Part shown: one piece after another, positions 1-13,360 of the stretch
How positions within the stretch are numbered: position 1 is the stretch's first letter
Layout of the letters: each line of letters opens with the position of its first letter
Assembly: GCA_951406725.2 (NCBI GenBank)
Contig: OX597815.1
Span: forward strand, 136,462,001 to 136,526,000
Direction: 5' to 3'
DNA length: 64,000 nt
From: Octopus vulgaris
Taxonomy: Eukaryota
Translations under genes and position numbers: made by a program
The notes under the pieces: model-generated
What the model was told of the DNA's origin: nothing
Databases searched by the model: none
Seen by the model: the letters and a program-made list of their open reading frames with translations, nothing else

Positions 1-862
1 CAAACATTTACAAGGCCTTGCTACACAAACATGCATGTATACTCCAAAGCTAATGAAAACCGCTGTATTGCACACTTTTATGGGGAACCGTCGTCTTTCA
101 ATATTCATGCATACTTTCTAACATTACCATAAATATATTCGTCAAAAATATAATGCAAAGATTTCCCATAGGATCTCCCAATAAACACGGTGTACTTTAA
201 GTAATATATTCATATGCATGCAAGACTTAGCTTGTGCATACAAAAACTTCTTTGGACGCCTACTAGCACATGTATGATATTGGTTGAACACAAGCATGTA
301 CTTTTGTCATTGCTCGATATATAAATAACTGCAAATAGGCATGACAATAAAACAGGCACGTTAAAACACATACAGGCACACACAGAGATACATACACACA
401 CATACACACAGACAAATGTACGTATATATAAAAATATATATAAATGTATAAATATATATATATACATATATATAGATATAGATAGATAAATATTTATATA
501 ACTGCATATATACTTATATACAAACGTATCAATCACACACAAGTGCATATACACATATATATGTATATATATGAGTGTATGTGTCTACTTGGAGATTGAA
601 CCTTAGCTATTTGTCAATTGAAATCTACAGATTCTAGACGTTGCCTTCTTATTCTTCTGGATGCTATTGTATTGACATGCACTAAAAATAATTTAAACTT
701 TGGAATATCATACGCTGTTTCGGATATTATATCATAGGATTACCAGAAACCGTGAGTAAAGTTAGATTATACATACACACATATATATGTATAAATGTAT
801 ACATCCATTACTTTATAATTATCCGTATCTCAATCACTCTATCTCGTCCCATCTGTCAGTGT

Positions 863-864
<2 letters not shown>

Positions 865-954
<90 letters not shown>

Positions 955-1029
955 ATATCTATCTATCTATCGATCGATCGATCGATCTATGTATCTATCT
1001 ATCTATCTATTGATCTGTCTGTATGGATG

Positions 1030-1062
<33 letters not shown>

Positions 1063-1125
1063 CTCTGTCTGTCTGTCTGTCTGTGTGTATGTATGTATGT
1101 ATGTATGTATGTACGTATGTTTTCT
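865..1125. repeat. Compound microsatellite (TATC)n/(TATG)n/(TCTG)n
   Basis: Tandem tetranucleotide arrays seen directly; source of spurious IYLS/MYVC ORFs. Confidence 0.95.
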
Positions 1126-1393
1126 ATCTATCAAACTGTCTGTCTATATCGTCATCTCTGCCCTCTGAATATATATGTGAATATGTGTATGAGCGTGTAT
1201 CTATGTATATATACAATGCATATGCCCTGTGTACATATACATTGCATATACACTGTAGAATTTTTGAAAACAGCAATACAATGTGTCAACAGTTTTGGAG
1301 TACCCTCTTGACATTTTACATTATTTATATATGTATATAGAAAGGAATATATAGATATTCTAATACTTATATGTATGTGTATATGTATATATT

Positions 1394-1430
<37 letters not shown>

Positions 1431-1676
1431 ATGTGTGTGTGTGTTTTATACACACATCTGTCTATCTACCCATCAATTGCTTTCTCGCTCTCTCAGTCTA
1501 ACTATAATTCTCTTTCTTTCTGCATATATATATACACAAACATTCACATACACACATATACATACATAGATATTTATATACAAATGTATATGTACATACA
1601 TACACAAAAAGCACAGATACATACATACATGCATACATACATACATACATACATACATACATACATGCATACATAC

Positions 1677-1729
<53 letters not shown>

Positions 1730-1731
<2 letters not shown>

Positions 1732-1880
1732 GTGCGGTAACAAGCTTGCTTCCCAACACATGGTTCTAGGTTCATTGGGTATCTTCTACTATACATTGGT
1801 ACATTGGGTATCTTCTACTATAGGTTTGGGCGGACTAAAGCCTTGTGAGTGAATTTGGCAGACGGAAACATGAAGATCGT

Positions 1881-1932
<52 letters not shown>

Positions 1933-2170
1933 ACGTGATTACCCCCAACTCCTGCCATCTCTTGACAACCGATGCCGGTGTGTTTATATCACCGTGACTT
2001 GGCGGTTTCACAAAGGAAAACGATAGAGTAAATACTAGGCTTACAAAAAAATCAATCGTGGAGTCGGTTTGTTATGTACGTGTGCATGTATGTGTTTATG
2101 TATGTACCGATTAACACCCTTTAAGGCGGTGCTCCAGCATGGCCACAGTCAGATGACAGAAGCAGGGAAG
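1730..2170 (+). mobile_element. Degenerate OR-type (CORE-like) tRNA-SINE
   Basis: Head tgtgcggtaacaagcttgcttccc, internal (TA)n, tail aaggcggtgctccagcatggccacagtc shared with the copy at 12084. Confidence 0.8.
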
Positions 2171-2506
2171 AGAATACATAATTATGTATGTGAGTGTGTA
2201 TATGCGTATGCGAATTTGATATATTTTTATCCATGTACAATTACAAATAATTGTAAATACTGATATTTGAATATTCATAAATTGTGATTTAAATTTACAA
2301 ATTTTACTAAATATCATCTTCATCGACGGAAGTACATTATTCTAGTGATGTATTATACAAAATACATGCACATATATGTGTGTGTGTATGTGTGTGTATG
2401 TGCGTGTGTGTGAAAATACATAGACGGATATACACATATACATATATATTATAAATAAAGATATATATATATATATATTTATAGACACACATATATATCT
2501 ATATAC

Positions 2507-2564
<58 letters not shown>

Positions 2565-2565
2565 G

Positions 2566-2620
<55 letters not shown>

Positions 2621-3181
2621 GGACATGTATATGCATATATATATATACATATATAGACGTGTGTGTGTGTGTGCGTGTTTGTGCGTGTGTGCGTGTGTGC
2701 CTATGTCTTTGTACATATGTATATCATTGAAATCAAGTATATGCATTCATGCATATATGTATTGCCTTTAACCAAGAAACTATTTCAAATTAAATCAAAA
2801 TAGATATGATCAGGAGATATACCAATCGCGGGTCCACATCCGAAGTGGAATCAGAATATGCACAAGAGTAAGGATTCCTCATTCTGTGTACATATTATAT
2901 GTATTACAAAAATAGCAGACGACTCACTGGTTGGATTTATCACAATTCAAGTCAGGAAAAGTGAAAACAAATTAGCCATGTGAAGACGATTTACCCTCGA
3001 CCATTGTCAACACTGTCCCAATACTGGTCACGAAGCATTGGTAAACGCACAGTGGATCTTGAGACATATATATATATTAGAAGTGGGACTAGTACGAGCC
3101 ACAAAACACATGTTGCTCTCTTCCCTAGAATGAGAATTCGAAACATACATATAAACATACATACACACATACATACATAAA

Positions 3182-3255
<74 letters not shown>

Positions 3256-3256
<1 letters not shown>

Positions 3257-3465
3257 TCTTTTACTTGTTTCAGTCATTTGACTGCGGCCATGCTGGAGCA
3301 GCACCTTTAGTCGAGCAAATCGACCCCGGGACTTATTCTTTGTAAGTCCAGTACTTATTCTATCGGTCTCTTTTGCCGAACCGCTAGGTAATGGGGACGT
3401 AAACACACCAACATCGGCTGTCAAGCAATGCTAGGGGGACAAACACAGACACACAAACATACACG

Positions 3466-3525
<60 letters not shown>

Positions 3526-3681
3526 TACGACGGGCTTCTTTCAGTTTCCGTCTACCAAATACACTCACAAGGCATTGGTCGGCCCGGGGCTATAGCAGAA
3601 GACACTTGCCCAAGGTGCCACGCAGTGGGACTGAACCCGGAACCATGTGGTTGGTTAGCAAGCTACTTACCACACAGCCAC
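3256..3681 (-). mobile_element. Near full-length OR-type tRNA-SINE
   Basis: Reverse complement of the 12084-12497 copy: tRNA-like head, CORE-like accttgggcaagt, internal (TA)/(CA) tract, tail. Confidence 0.9.
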
Positions 3682-3878
3682 AGATATACAGGAATTCCGC
3701 AGTGTTGTGATAATTAGAATGATTAAGTAGCTAGAAAATGGATTTGGCATTGATCTTTACTTTGTAGAATGGTCGTTCCAGCCCATCCTGCTAGCGTCCC
3801 ATAAAGAATGGGTCCAAACGACTATTGTACAAAATAAAGATTAATATCAAATCCATCTTCTGGTTACTTCAGAAATCC

Positions 3879-3898
3879 TTCTTCTTCTTCTTCTTCTT

Positions 3899-3996
<98 letters not shown>

Positions 3997-4021
3997 TACT
4001 ATTATTATTGTTATTATGTAT

Positions 4022-4084
<63 letters not shown>

Positions 4085-4100
4085 CACACACACAAATACA
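3879..4100. repeat. Compound (TTC)n-(TTA)n-(TA)n microsatellite
   Basis: Seen directly. Confidence 0.95.
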
Positions 4101-4439
4101 AATATATATATATTTATATATATTATGCATGCACTTATGCATACAGGTGTGTTTGTGTGAGAGAATGTGTGTGTGTGTGTTTGTATGTGTGTATGTATGT
4201 ATGTTCGTGTGCGTGTGTGTGTAATATTATTGCTTTTATTCCTGCGCCTTAACGTTGGTAAGCCACTACCTCCGAAGTCTGAGCAATTGCATACTCCCAC
4301 TGGTCTCCTTAAGTCCCCTATCGAATGTAGATACAAGATCCTACAGCGTCCTAAGAACAAAATGCGCCTGTGATCGACATAACATAGATATGTCTATAGA
4401 CAAAACATCATAGACGACATGGAAGAGGAATTCACAATG

Positions 4440-5099
4440 AGACAATTTTCGCACAAAACAAAAAATGGAGCAGGAACGTAACAGGTGACAAGACATTCGG
4501 ACAATTAGATGATGCAAAAAAGGAGAGGAAAAAACTAGGACGGGTCATTCAGAGCTTTCACTCATCAGTCGAGAAGCAGATCATCTTTATAATTTCGGCC
4601 GGTTGATCTCGAGACTGCTCTAATTTAGCTGAACCAAAGAAAATCTAAGCTAAGACCACTACATTCTTTGGAAGAAAGCAAGCGAATGTATACGGAAACA
4701 AGGACGGAAATATAATCGGGGAAATGGTACACTATTACAAATACATAAATCAGGAAATTAACTACATGTGTCTTTCGACCAAAGACGAATTAAATTAAGC
4801 TGGCGTGTGTGGAAGTGCAACTTTACGGCAGGGACATAGAAAATGATAGTCATACAAAGAATACACGAATGATAGTCGAACCAAGAAAGAAAGCTCAGGC
4901 TTTGCGGAACACCGGTCACCTGGAAAGAGTGGAGAGTAGTTAGAGGGATTGAAGAATTAGCCCCTTACACACTTTCTTCTTTCCTTACACTTTTTTCTCC
5001 CTAATTCTTCAATCTCTCTACCTACTCTCCTCTCCTTCCATATGCCCGGTGTTCCACCAAGCCTGAGATTTCTTTCTTGGTTCGGCTACCATCTGTGTA
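4440..5099 (-). mobile_element. Probable PLE pLTR remnant with an inverted partial copy
   Basis: Minus-strand hammerhead relic ctgatgagtgaaagctctgaatg at ~4545-4570; 4862-4960 is repeated in inverted form at 5001-5099; related tail at ~49345-49410. Confidence 0.5.
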
Positions 5100-5190
5100 G
5101 CAACTCTTGTATTAAGTATTTGATATTTAATATTTTATATTGTATAGGACTTGAGATGTTTGCCTTGTCATAGTGTTTGTAGTCCTCTTT

Positions 5191-5244
<54 letters not shown>

Positions 5245-5339
5245 TGTGCGTGCGTGTGTGTGTGCGTGTGTCTGTGTGCATGTGTGACAATTTGTGTTGC
5301 AAGATTCCAGATGTGAAATCGTATGTTGAAATAGACATC

Positions 5340-5626
5340 GTTGTATTTCAGGATGGTCATTTCTTTTTGCCAAATAAACACACGCACTATATATTTGTTC
5401 TTCACTCGTTTATGACTGTTCTTATTTTAACTCATATCCTTTGACCGGAAAAGTAGAGCAAGAGCACTGATGTAAACGAAAATTTCGCTGAAACGGTCAC
5501 AGATGTGTGGCAGAAGATTTCCTGATAATGGACATGAATTAAAATAACAACAGTAATAAACGATCGAAGAACAATTATATAGTGCGTGTGTTTATTTGGC
5601 AAAAAATGCCCATCCCGAAATACAAC
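5340..5626. mobile_element. Palindromic (foldback) non-autonomous element
   Basis: ~100-bp inverted arms (5340-5439 / 5530-5626); second copy at 26204-26390. Confidence 0.75.
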
Positions 5627-5657
5627 ACCATACATATATATATATATACATACACAC

Positions 5658-5690
<33 letters not shown>

Positions 5691-5811
5691 TATATATATA
5701 TATACGTATATATATATATATGTTTATATAAATATACGCATGTATGTACCCACACAAGCGCACACACACACATACATACATACATATACATACATACATA
5801 TACATATATAC

Positions 5812-5892
<81 letters not shown>

Positions 5893-6050
5893 GTGTGTGA
5901 TTGTGTATAGAAGAATATATTAATAAAAAAATTCCAACCTTGTCTGATTTTCACGTTTTATTTACAATCTTATAATGATATATTATAAGATAATATATTA
6001 TAATTGATAAAATAAAATGAAATAGTAGAATGTTAAATATTCATTCTGAT

Positions 6051-6095
6051 TGAACTAGTACTTTCATGCATTGAATTCTGCAATCTTCGGGTTCA
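6051..6095 (-). ncRNA. Minimal type I hammerhead ribozyme, degenerate (U4C)
   Basis: Minus strand tgaac-CCGAAGA-ttgca gaattcaa tgcat-GAAA-gtac-TA-gttca: 5-bp helix I, helix II, palindromic helix III. Confidence 0.6.
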
Positions 6096-6276
6096 TGTAG
6101 TAGTGTTGACAGTCATGCTTCACAATTTTTGACTGTAGCAGATGATGATTCTGTGCTATAAATAGGCTCCAGAGTGCTAGGTTTTGCAAACTGTATTCTG
6201 ACCATCAGTGTGTAGTATCACTCAATTACTTATTGGTTGGTTGAGCTATCACGCTTTGTTGGACAGGTCAAGAGTC

Positions 6277-6324
<48 letters not shown>

Positions 6325-7046
6325 AACGAATATTATGATGCACACGATAAAGCAATAAATAACAGATGTAAATGTTAGGTTGAAAAATACTTTAGAACCC
6401 AAAAGAATTTTTCAAACAATATTTCATTACTTTTATTTATATCATTATGTGTTTGCTTCGAAATATCTTATTCCAAGAAATAATCATTTCAGGTTTTCTG
6501 GAAAGTTTATGAAATGCTTATAACGTCAAGAAGCATATTCGATTGTAGGTATACATGTACTCATGTACGTATAACTGTGGATGTATTTTTGAACAGAGAC
6601 AATGCCTCCTACAATTTGAAAGACGGAAAATTGTGTATGAAATTGTGGTAAGAAAACTGAAGAAGACTGTATGATGTGATTATATATTATTAATTACAAG
6701 ATGTTTGATTCAGTAGAAAAACCAATACGTAATGTTTGAAATATGTTGCCAAAAGAAAAAATATTTATTCTGTTTGGAAATAAATGTTTCATATGCGAAT
6801 ACATAGATGTACTTGTTCGACATTTACGCAATTATATATATATATATATATATATAAGATCAGCAACAATTTAGATTCAAATGAATATGGTACTTAATTT
6901 AGGTGCACCAGAATTTTGTATGGTGTTACCCATAAAAATATGCGGGGTGATTATAATAAAAAATAAGCAACAAGAATGAATCCGGTAATTTAGTACAATT
7001 GTTTCATTCTACAACATTTTTTTTAAAAGCTCTAAATATTACAGCA

Positions 7047-7098
<52 letters not shown>

Positions 7099-7954
7099 GT
7101 ATATCATATTTATACAGTTATATCTTCTTAGTATCAACTGCTGAAAATCCGTGATGTTCATTTTCAACATAGATATATCGTAATACTTTGTGGTATTTTA
7201 TTTACTGTATACTTGAAAATATTTCGATCGATGTCTATGACCTGGTCAATGACAAAAGACTGCTGCAACACTCCAAACGCAGTCATGTTGTAAATTAAGT
7301 ACAAAATAAGCATATGGAGAAGCTTTATTATCAAATATATTCCAGTACCGTTATTCATTTTACTCTAGTTATAATCGTGTGATCTATTCCGAATTATATA
7401 ACAAAGTAGTTTTGTTTTAGCTTCTTTTTTTTTTTGTTTTATTTTAAATTTTTTTGAGAAAAGCTAGGTTGTAGCCTCATTGATATCGGCTTGGCTCTTC
7501 TAGTAGTTTAGATATGATCGTAAAAACGCCTACGTTTAGAAATAAAAAAAAGTCTGCTTCCAGCAACCTGTAACTCAAAGCGATTGTCTATTTAATAATT
7601 AAGGTGTTCCGATGTTGCCTGAATTTTGTAATCAAACAAAAGTCAATGTTATGATTCGACAGCTTCATTTATGACGTGGAAAATATTCTTTGCATATTAA
7701 CATTTTGTTACTATTGAGAAATATTTTTTCACCGCCTTCTTTTGCTTTATTTTTTTCTATTTAATCATGTATTTTAGTAAATTTATATGTAATTTTTGGC
7801 ATAGATAGATAGACATGTTGTTAGGAAACTTTAGAGTGAAATGAAACAGTCAGACAGTTATATAAGATGTTAGAATTTTCGTATATCGCTATCAAAACTT
7901 TTACGACCCTGCATGTGCTTGTACGTGTTTGCGTGATTTTCATTTATGTAGTCT

Positions 7955-8275
<321 letters not shown>

Positions 8276-8799
8276 GGCAGGGAGTTGGTCTAAACTTGGT
8301 GCGGCAGAAAAAGGCATTACCGTAATTTATGCAAACTTTACATTCTCTGTTAACATCTTGCTGAAGTCGGTATTAGATTTCAACACTTTGTGTCAATACA
8401 ATAAAGTAGCGGTCAAGTTCTGAGTTGATGGTAGCAACAACTTCCCCTCTCACTTAATATTTGGTGCTATTTTCTCTGAAAGAATATTTTTTATTATAAA
8501 ACAGCAAACTGACAAAATCTTTAGGGCGACGTAAAATGTTCATCACGGACGTCAGATATGCTGTTTATATTTTTGAGGCCAATGCAACAGATTAAGCCAC
8601 ACCCCTTAAAATTGCAAAACTGGTGATAAAGTTTGAAAGCTTTCTGGTTTACACTTTTGCTCTATATTCTTTGTGATCTTCCGATAAATTAATTTTCATT
8701 TTTTTTTCTCGAACGTCGATGGTCTATGATTTAATTCATTTACATTTTCAGAAAACGTAGAAATAGAGGCACTGTTAACTATATGTGTATATTGCTTTC

Positions 8800-9000
8800 A
8801 AATTTTGACACAACACCAGTAGTTTTCGGGGAAAGGCAACGTTGATTAAATGAAACCCAGTTGAGCACTGGTGTTTATTTTATCGACGACGAGAAGAATG
8901 AAAAGCAAAGTCGACCTCAGCGAAATTTGAACTCAGAACATAAAAACAGAATGATGTTAAGCATTTTCCCGTAGTACTAACGATTCTGCCACCTTGCCGC
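8800..9000 (-). mobile_element. OK-type tRNA-SINE, diverged
   Basis: gcaaagtcgacctcagcgaaatttgaactcagaac is the reverse complement of the core at 56290-56350. Confidence 0.8.
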
Positions 9001-9199
9001 TTTGCTGTCTATTTATATCGACAGCATTATTATAATAAATTTGACATCCAATTAAATTGCGTAAATCTTTTACGGGTTCAGTTTGATAATTATAGAACAG
9101 ATGTGTTTCTATAAATGAATCTAAACACGGTGGCTGTATATATACATACGCGAGTACTATACAAACACACACTTACACATGTATATATTATTGATTAAT

Positions 9200-9547
9200 T
9201 CTTTTCCATGTTTCAGTCATTTGACTATGGTCATGCTGGAGCATGGCCTTAAAGGGGTCTTTTGTTGAAGAAATCGAGCCCAGAACTTATTCTTTGTAAG
9301 CCTAGTGCTTATTCTATCGGTCTCTTTTGCCTAGCCGCTAGTTACGGGAACGTAAACAGACCAACATTGGTAGTCAAGTGAAGGTATACATATACGAAGG
9401 GCTTCTTTCAGTTTCCATCTACCAAATGCAATCACAAAGCTTTGGTCGGCCCGAAGCTATAGTAGAAGATAACTGCTCAAGCTTCCACGCAGTGGAACTG
9501 AACCTGGAGCCATGTGCCTGGTAAGCAAGCTTCTTACAACAGAGCCA
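9200..9547 (-). mobile_element. OR-type tRNA-SINE
   Basis: Matches the 3256-3681 copy. Confidence 0.85.
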
Positions 9548-9590
9548 TTCTGTATTTGAACATATATATATATACTATACACTATATATT

Positions 9591-9637
<47 letters not shown>

Positions 9638-9660
9638 ATAAATATATATACACACACATG

Positions 9661-9696
<36 letters not shown>

Positions 9697-9759
9697 ATAG
9701 ATATATGCGTTTATGAATATATGCTTGTATGCATGTAAGTATGCGTGTATGTATGTATG

Positions 9760-9793
<34 letters not shown>

Positions 9794-10197
9794 TGTATGT
9801 ATGTATGTATGTATGTATAAGATGCTTATCTACGGGCAAATGCAAACGTAGAAACACGTATAACTGTGCTAATACCATATAGCACCTTATTTTTCTTTAA
9901 ATATAAGGTTACTACGTTTAGGTATACATAATATGGTTAAATTAAGTGTGCACAGAAAAATAATATGAGTGAAACTTATATAGCTCAAGATAAGTGCTGT
10001 TTACATGGTGTGCAACAGTGGGAAATGTCATTAATAAATGAAGATGTGTTATGCAATATCAAAGACATCACTGAACAGGAAATATCATTTTGTACGTTTT
10101 GTAAAATGTGTGATGTTTAGAAACCTCTGATGATTAGGAAAAACATGGTAATGCTAACAAGTTCTACTCCAGTACACGTGAAAGAGAGCTAGATATA

Positions 10198-10390
<193 letters not shown>

Positions 10391-10427
10391 TGTATGCATT
10401 TATTTATATATGTATGTATGTATGTAG

Positions 10428-10458
<31 letters not shown>

Positions 10459-10468
10459 AATATATATA

Positions 10469-10766
10469 TCTTTATATATAAAAGTGAAGTTGTGTGTCTG
10501 TCTCCTACGATTTAGATTCGTAACTACTCCCACATTTTGCGGTGCAGTGTAACCAAAAGCGGGTATCTTATAGTCGTGATTCACATCAAGCCCTTCTGGG
10601 TATTAGCGCGCATCTACGATAAGTCTACGATTTTAAAAAAAATTACCATAATTTTTTCCCATTTTTAATGCAATTTTTTGCTATTATATAAGGGAAGTAA
10701 CTCTCTAAAAATGCTTATATAGTTTTTTCCCTTACAAACCCGAGCAACGCCAGGCGATACTGCTAG
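10469..10766 (+). mobile_element. Non-autonomous Helitron
   Basis: 5' A|TC start (tctttatatataaaag), subterminal GC-rich hairpin cccgagcaacgccaggcg, 3' CTAG|T, inserted in (TA)n. Confidence 0.8.
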
Positions 10767-10949
10767 TATATATATATATATATATATGAATATATGTATG
10801 TATGTATGTAAGTATGTATATATGCATGTATATTTGCGGACATTCACATTCATATACATATATACGTAACTACATGCATTACATACATTCGTACTTGCAT
10901 ACTTAAATATATACGTACATACATACATATATACATACATAGATTCTAG

Positions 10950-11225
10950 CCATTTAAGTAACTATCAAAATTTGTAAAACTTTCCATAATTTCAGCATAT
11001 CAGTATATGTGCGCATGTCCAGTTGTACAACTCCATGCACGAGTATGCGTACTTAAAACAAATCGTATAAAACTGCTCACGCATTGACTCCATATTTTGC
11101 ATGCAAGCACGCACAAACATGTACTAATACCCTGTTGGTGTTGAAATAAAAATGAATTGGCCTTAGATCTAGAAACCGGCTCTTTCTTTATTGGTATAAA
11201 ATCTTGAAATAAAACTGAAAATAAG
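10950..11225 (+). mobile_element. 5'-truncated 3' end of an R4/Dong-like LINE
   Basis: Aligns by eye with 63200-63510 (tgtaaaactttcca; tagaaaccggyycttt; cttgaaataaa-ctgaa). Confidence 0.7.
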
Positions 11226-11595
11226 ATACATACGTGCATACATAGATTGCATGATGCGGACGAGTGTTAAGAGTAACACAAATTTGGAAAAACAATGTCA
11301 ATATTTAACAAGTGTAAAGCAAATATTTTATTTTCCTTTTTTTTTTTTTGTTTTGTTTAGGTCAATTTATTACACGCTGTCGAGATGTTTTCTAGCTTAT
11401 TTATCACTGATATAAATGTGTAGAATTGCATTTTATTAATATTTGTTAGTGATGTGAATGTAAAAGAACGCTGATATTTCTTTGATAGTATGCGACGCTA
11501 TAAATGGAATTAATGGAAATAAGTTTAATAGTTTGATTTTTTTGTTTTTAAGTAGCTACTACGAATATTAAACAATATATACATATATATATATA

Positions 11596-11895
11596 TTATG
11601 AGATTAAAGCTTATAAACGATCGTTGTGTATTGACTTAATATATAGTCTAATATTGGGGCACACGGAAAAAAAAGTAGAATTTGCCGTACGTATGGGACA
11701 GGAACACTAACGTTAGTGTAATGATAGCACACTTAGTGTAATGGTAGCACTTGTGTCGTGAATATATAGATGTGTGGTTTCGAGTCCGAAGCGTACAGCA
11801 AACCCTACTTTTTCTGTGGAGGGATTATATGCCCCAATATTAGACTATATATTTAGTCAATGCACGATGATCGCTTATAAGCTTTAACCTCATAA
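11596..11895. mobile_element. Foldback element with a central tRNA-like head
   Basis: Long inverted arms (ttatgagattaaagcttataa...ttataagctttaacctcataa); A box tagtgtaatggtagc at 11733-11750, B box ggtttcgagtcc at 11776-11787. Confidence 0.75.
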
Positions 11896-11968
11896 AATAT
11901 TATTATTATTGCCTAAAGAAGTAAAATCGGCAACGCTCACCAAATAATCGCAGAAAACATATATAATG

Positions 11969-12007
<39 letters not shown>

Positions 12008-12020
12008 TTAATAATAATAA

Positions 12021-12083
<63 letters not shown>

Positions 12084-12086
<3 letters not shown>

Positions 12087-12497
12087 GCAGAGTGGCTGTG
12101 TGGTAAGTAGCTTGTTTACCAACCACATGGTTCCGGGTTCGGTCCCACTGCGTGGCACATTGGGCAAGTGTCTTCTACTATAGCCTCGGGCCGACCAATG
12201 CCTTGTGAGTGGATTTGGTAGACGGAAACTGAAAGAAGCCTGTCGTGTATATGTATATATATATAAGTGTGTGTGTATATGTTTGTGTGTCTGTGTTTGT
12301 CCCCCTAGTATTGCTTGACAACCGATGCTGGTGTGTTTCCGTCGCCGTCACGTAGCGGTTCGGCAAAAGAGACCGATAGAATAAGTACTGGGCTTACAAA
12401 GAATAAGTCCCGGGGTCGATTTGCTCGACTAAAGGCGGTGCTCCAGCATGGCCGCAGTCAAATGACTGAAACAACTAAAAGAGAAAAGAGAAAAGAG
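12084..12497 (+). mobile_element. Full-length OR-type (CORE-like) tRNA-SINE
   Basis: A box tggctgtgtgg, B box ggttcggtccc, CORE-like cattgggcaagtgtc, tail ggcggtgctccagcatggccgcagtc, (AAAAGAG)n end. Confidence 0.9.
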
Positions 12498-13012
12498 AAT
12501 ATATATATATATATATTTATATACACTTACACACATGCATATATTCAAATATATATATGTGTATATGTGTCTGTGTGTGTACGTAAATGTAAGTGAGGGC
12601 TGAGTGTTTGCGCGTGCGCATATTGGGAGTACTTCTTTTTTCGAACGTTTTATATCAGAAATGTGAAGAGAAATTTTGAAAATCATAATTTTTTTATTAT
12701 GCATATCTCTTATTAATATAGTAGGACTTTCTGTGGTGGAGCAATAACGCTCTGAACACCATCAGGCCATACATTTTTCAAGCACTTCTAGACCGATTCA
12801 TGAGGGAGAAGTGGTACTTTTGAAGTACTATTAACTGTTAACTGTTTGTGTATATGTGAACGTGTGCCTATATATGTGCGGGTGAGTGAAAGGGTGTGTA
12901 TATTATATATATATATTTATATATATGTATATAGATAACTAATATGGCTATACTTTGTTCGGTATATATATATAGGAAAAAAGCAAATAGGAAAAAAAGC
13001 AACAAGAATGGA

Positions 13013-13065
<53 letters not shown>

Positions 13066-13093
13066 CAAAATAAGCAACAAGGATATCTAGGTA

Positions 13094-13187
13094 ATGCAGT
13101 ACGATCGTTTCATGCTACCCCATTTAATTGAACAATGCAATCTTTTCATTACATCAATTTGAACTGTAGAGCAATCTTCAGCTGCAT
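13094..13187 (-). ncRNA. Type I hammerhead ribozyme, intact core, in a PLE-type remnant
   Basis: Minus strand atgcag-CTGAAGA-[63 nt, ttgct...agcat]-GAAAC-gatc-GTA|ctgcat; 6-bp helix I, palindromic ACGATCGT. Confidence 0.75.
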
Positions 13188-13274
13188 CAAGACATAGAAT
13201 TTAATTAAATTAGATGGACACCTTAGTATAATTTTACCCCAAATCTCCCAAGACAATAATGAGATAGACAAAGA

Positions 13275-13360
<86 letters not shown>

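Noticed and set aside
752-1800. Long ORFs such as IYLS/MYVC/HTHT repeats here and throughout the window
   Set aside because: They are translations of microsatellites that lack stop codons, not genes
6597-7300. Plus-strand exon pair (6597-6647 and from 7173, with hydrophobic YIVILCGILFTVYLKIFR)
   Set aside because: Joining them in the hydrophobic frame creates a TGA, and no protein is recognisable
12725-12840. Further hammerhead-like relics (also ~9820-9865, 14830-14865, 24065-24100, 60495-60530)
   Set aside because: Too many core or helix mismatches to call individually
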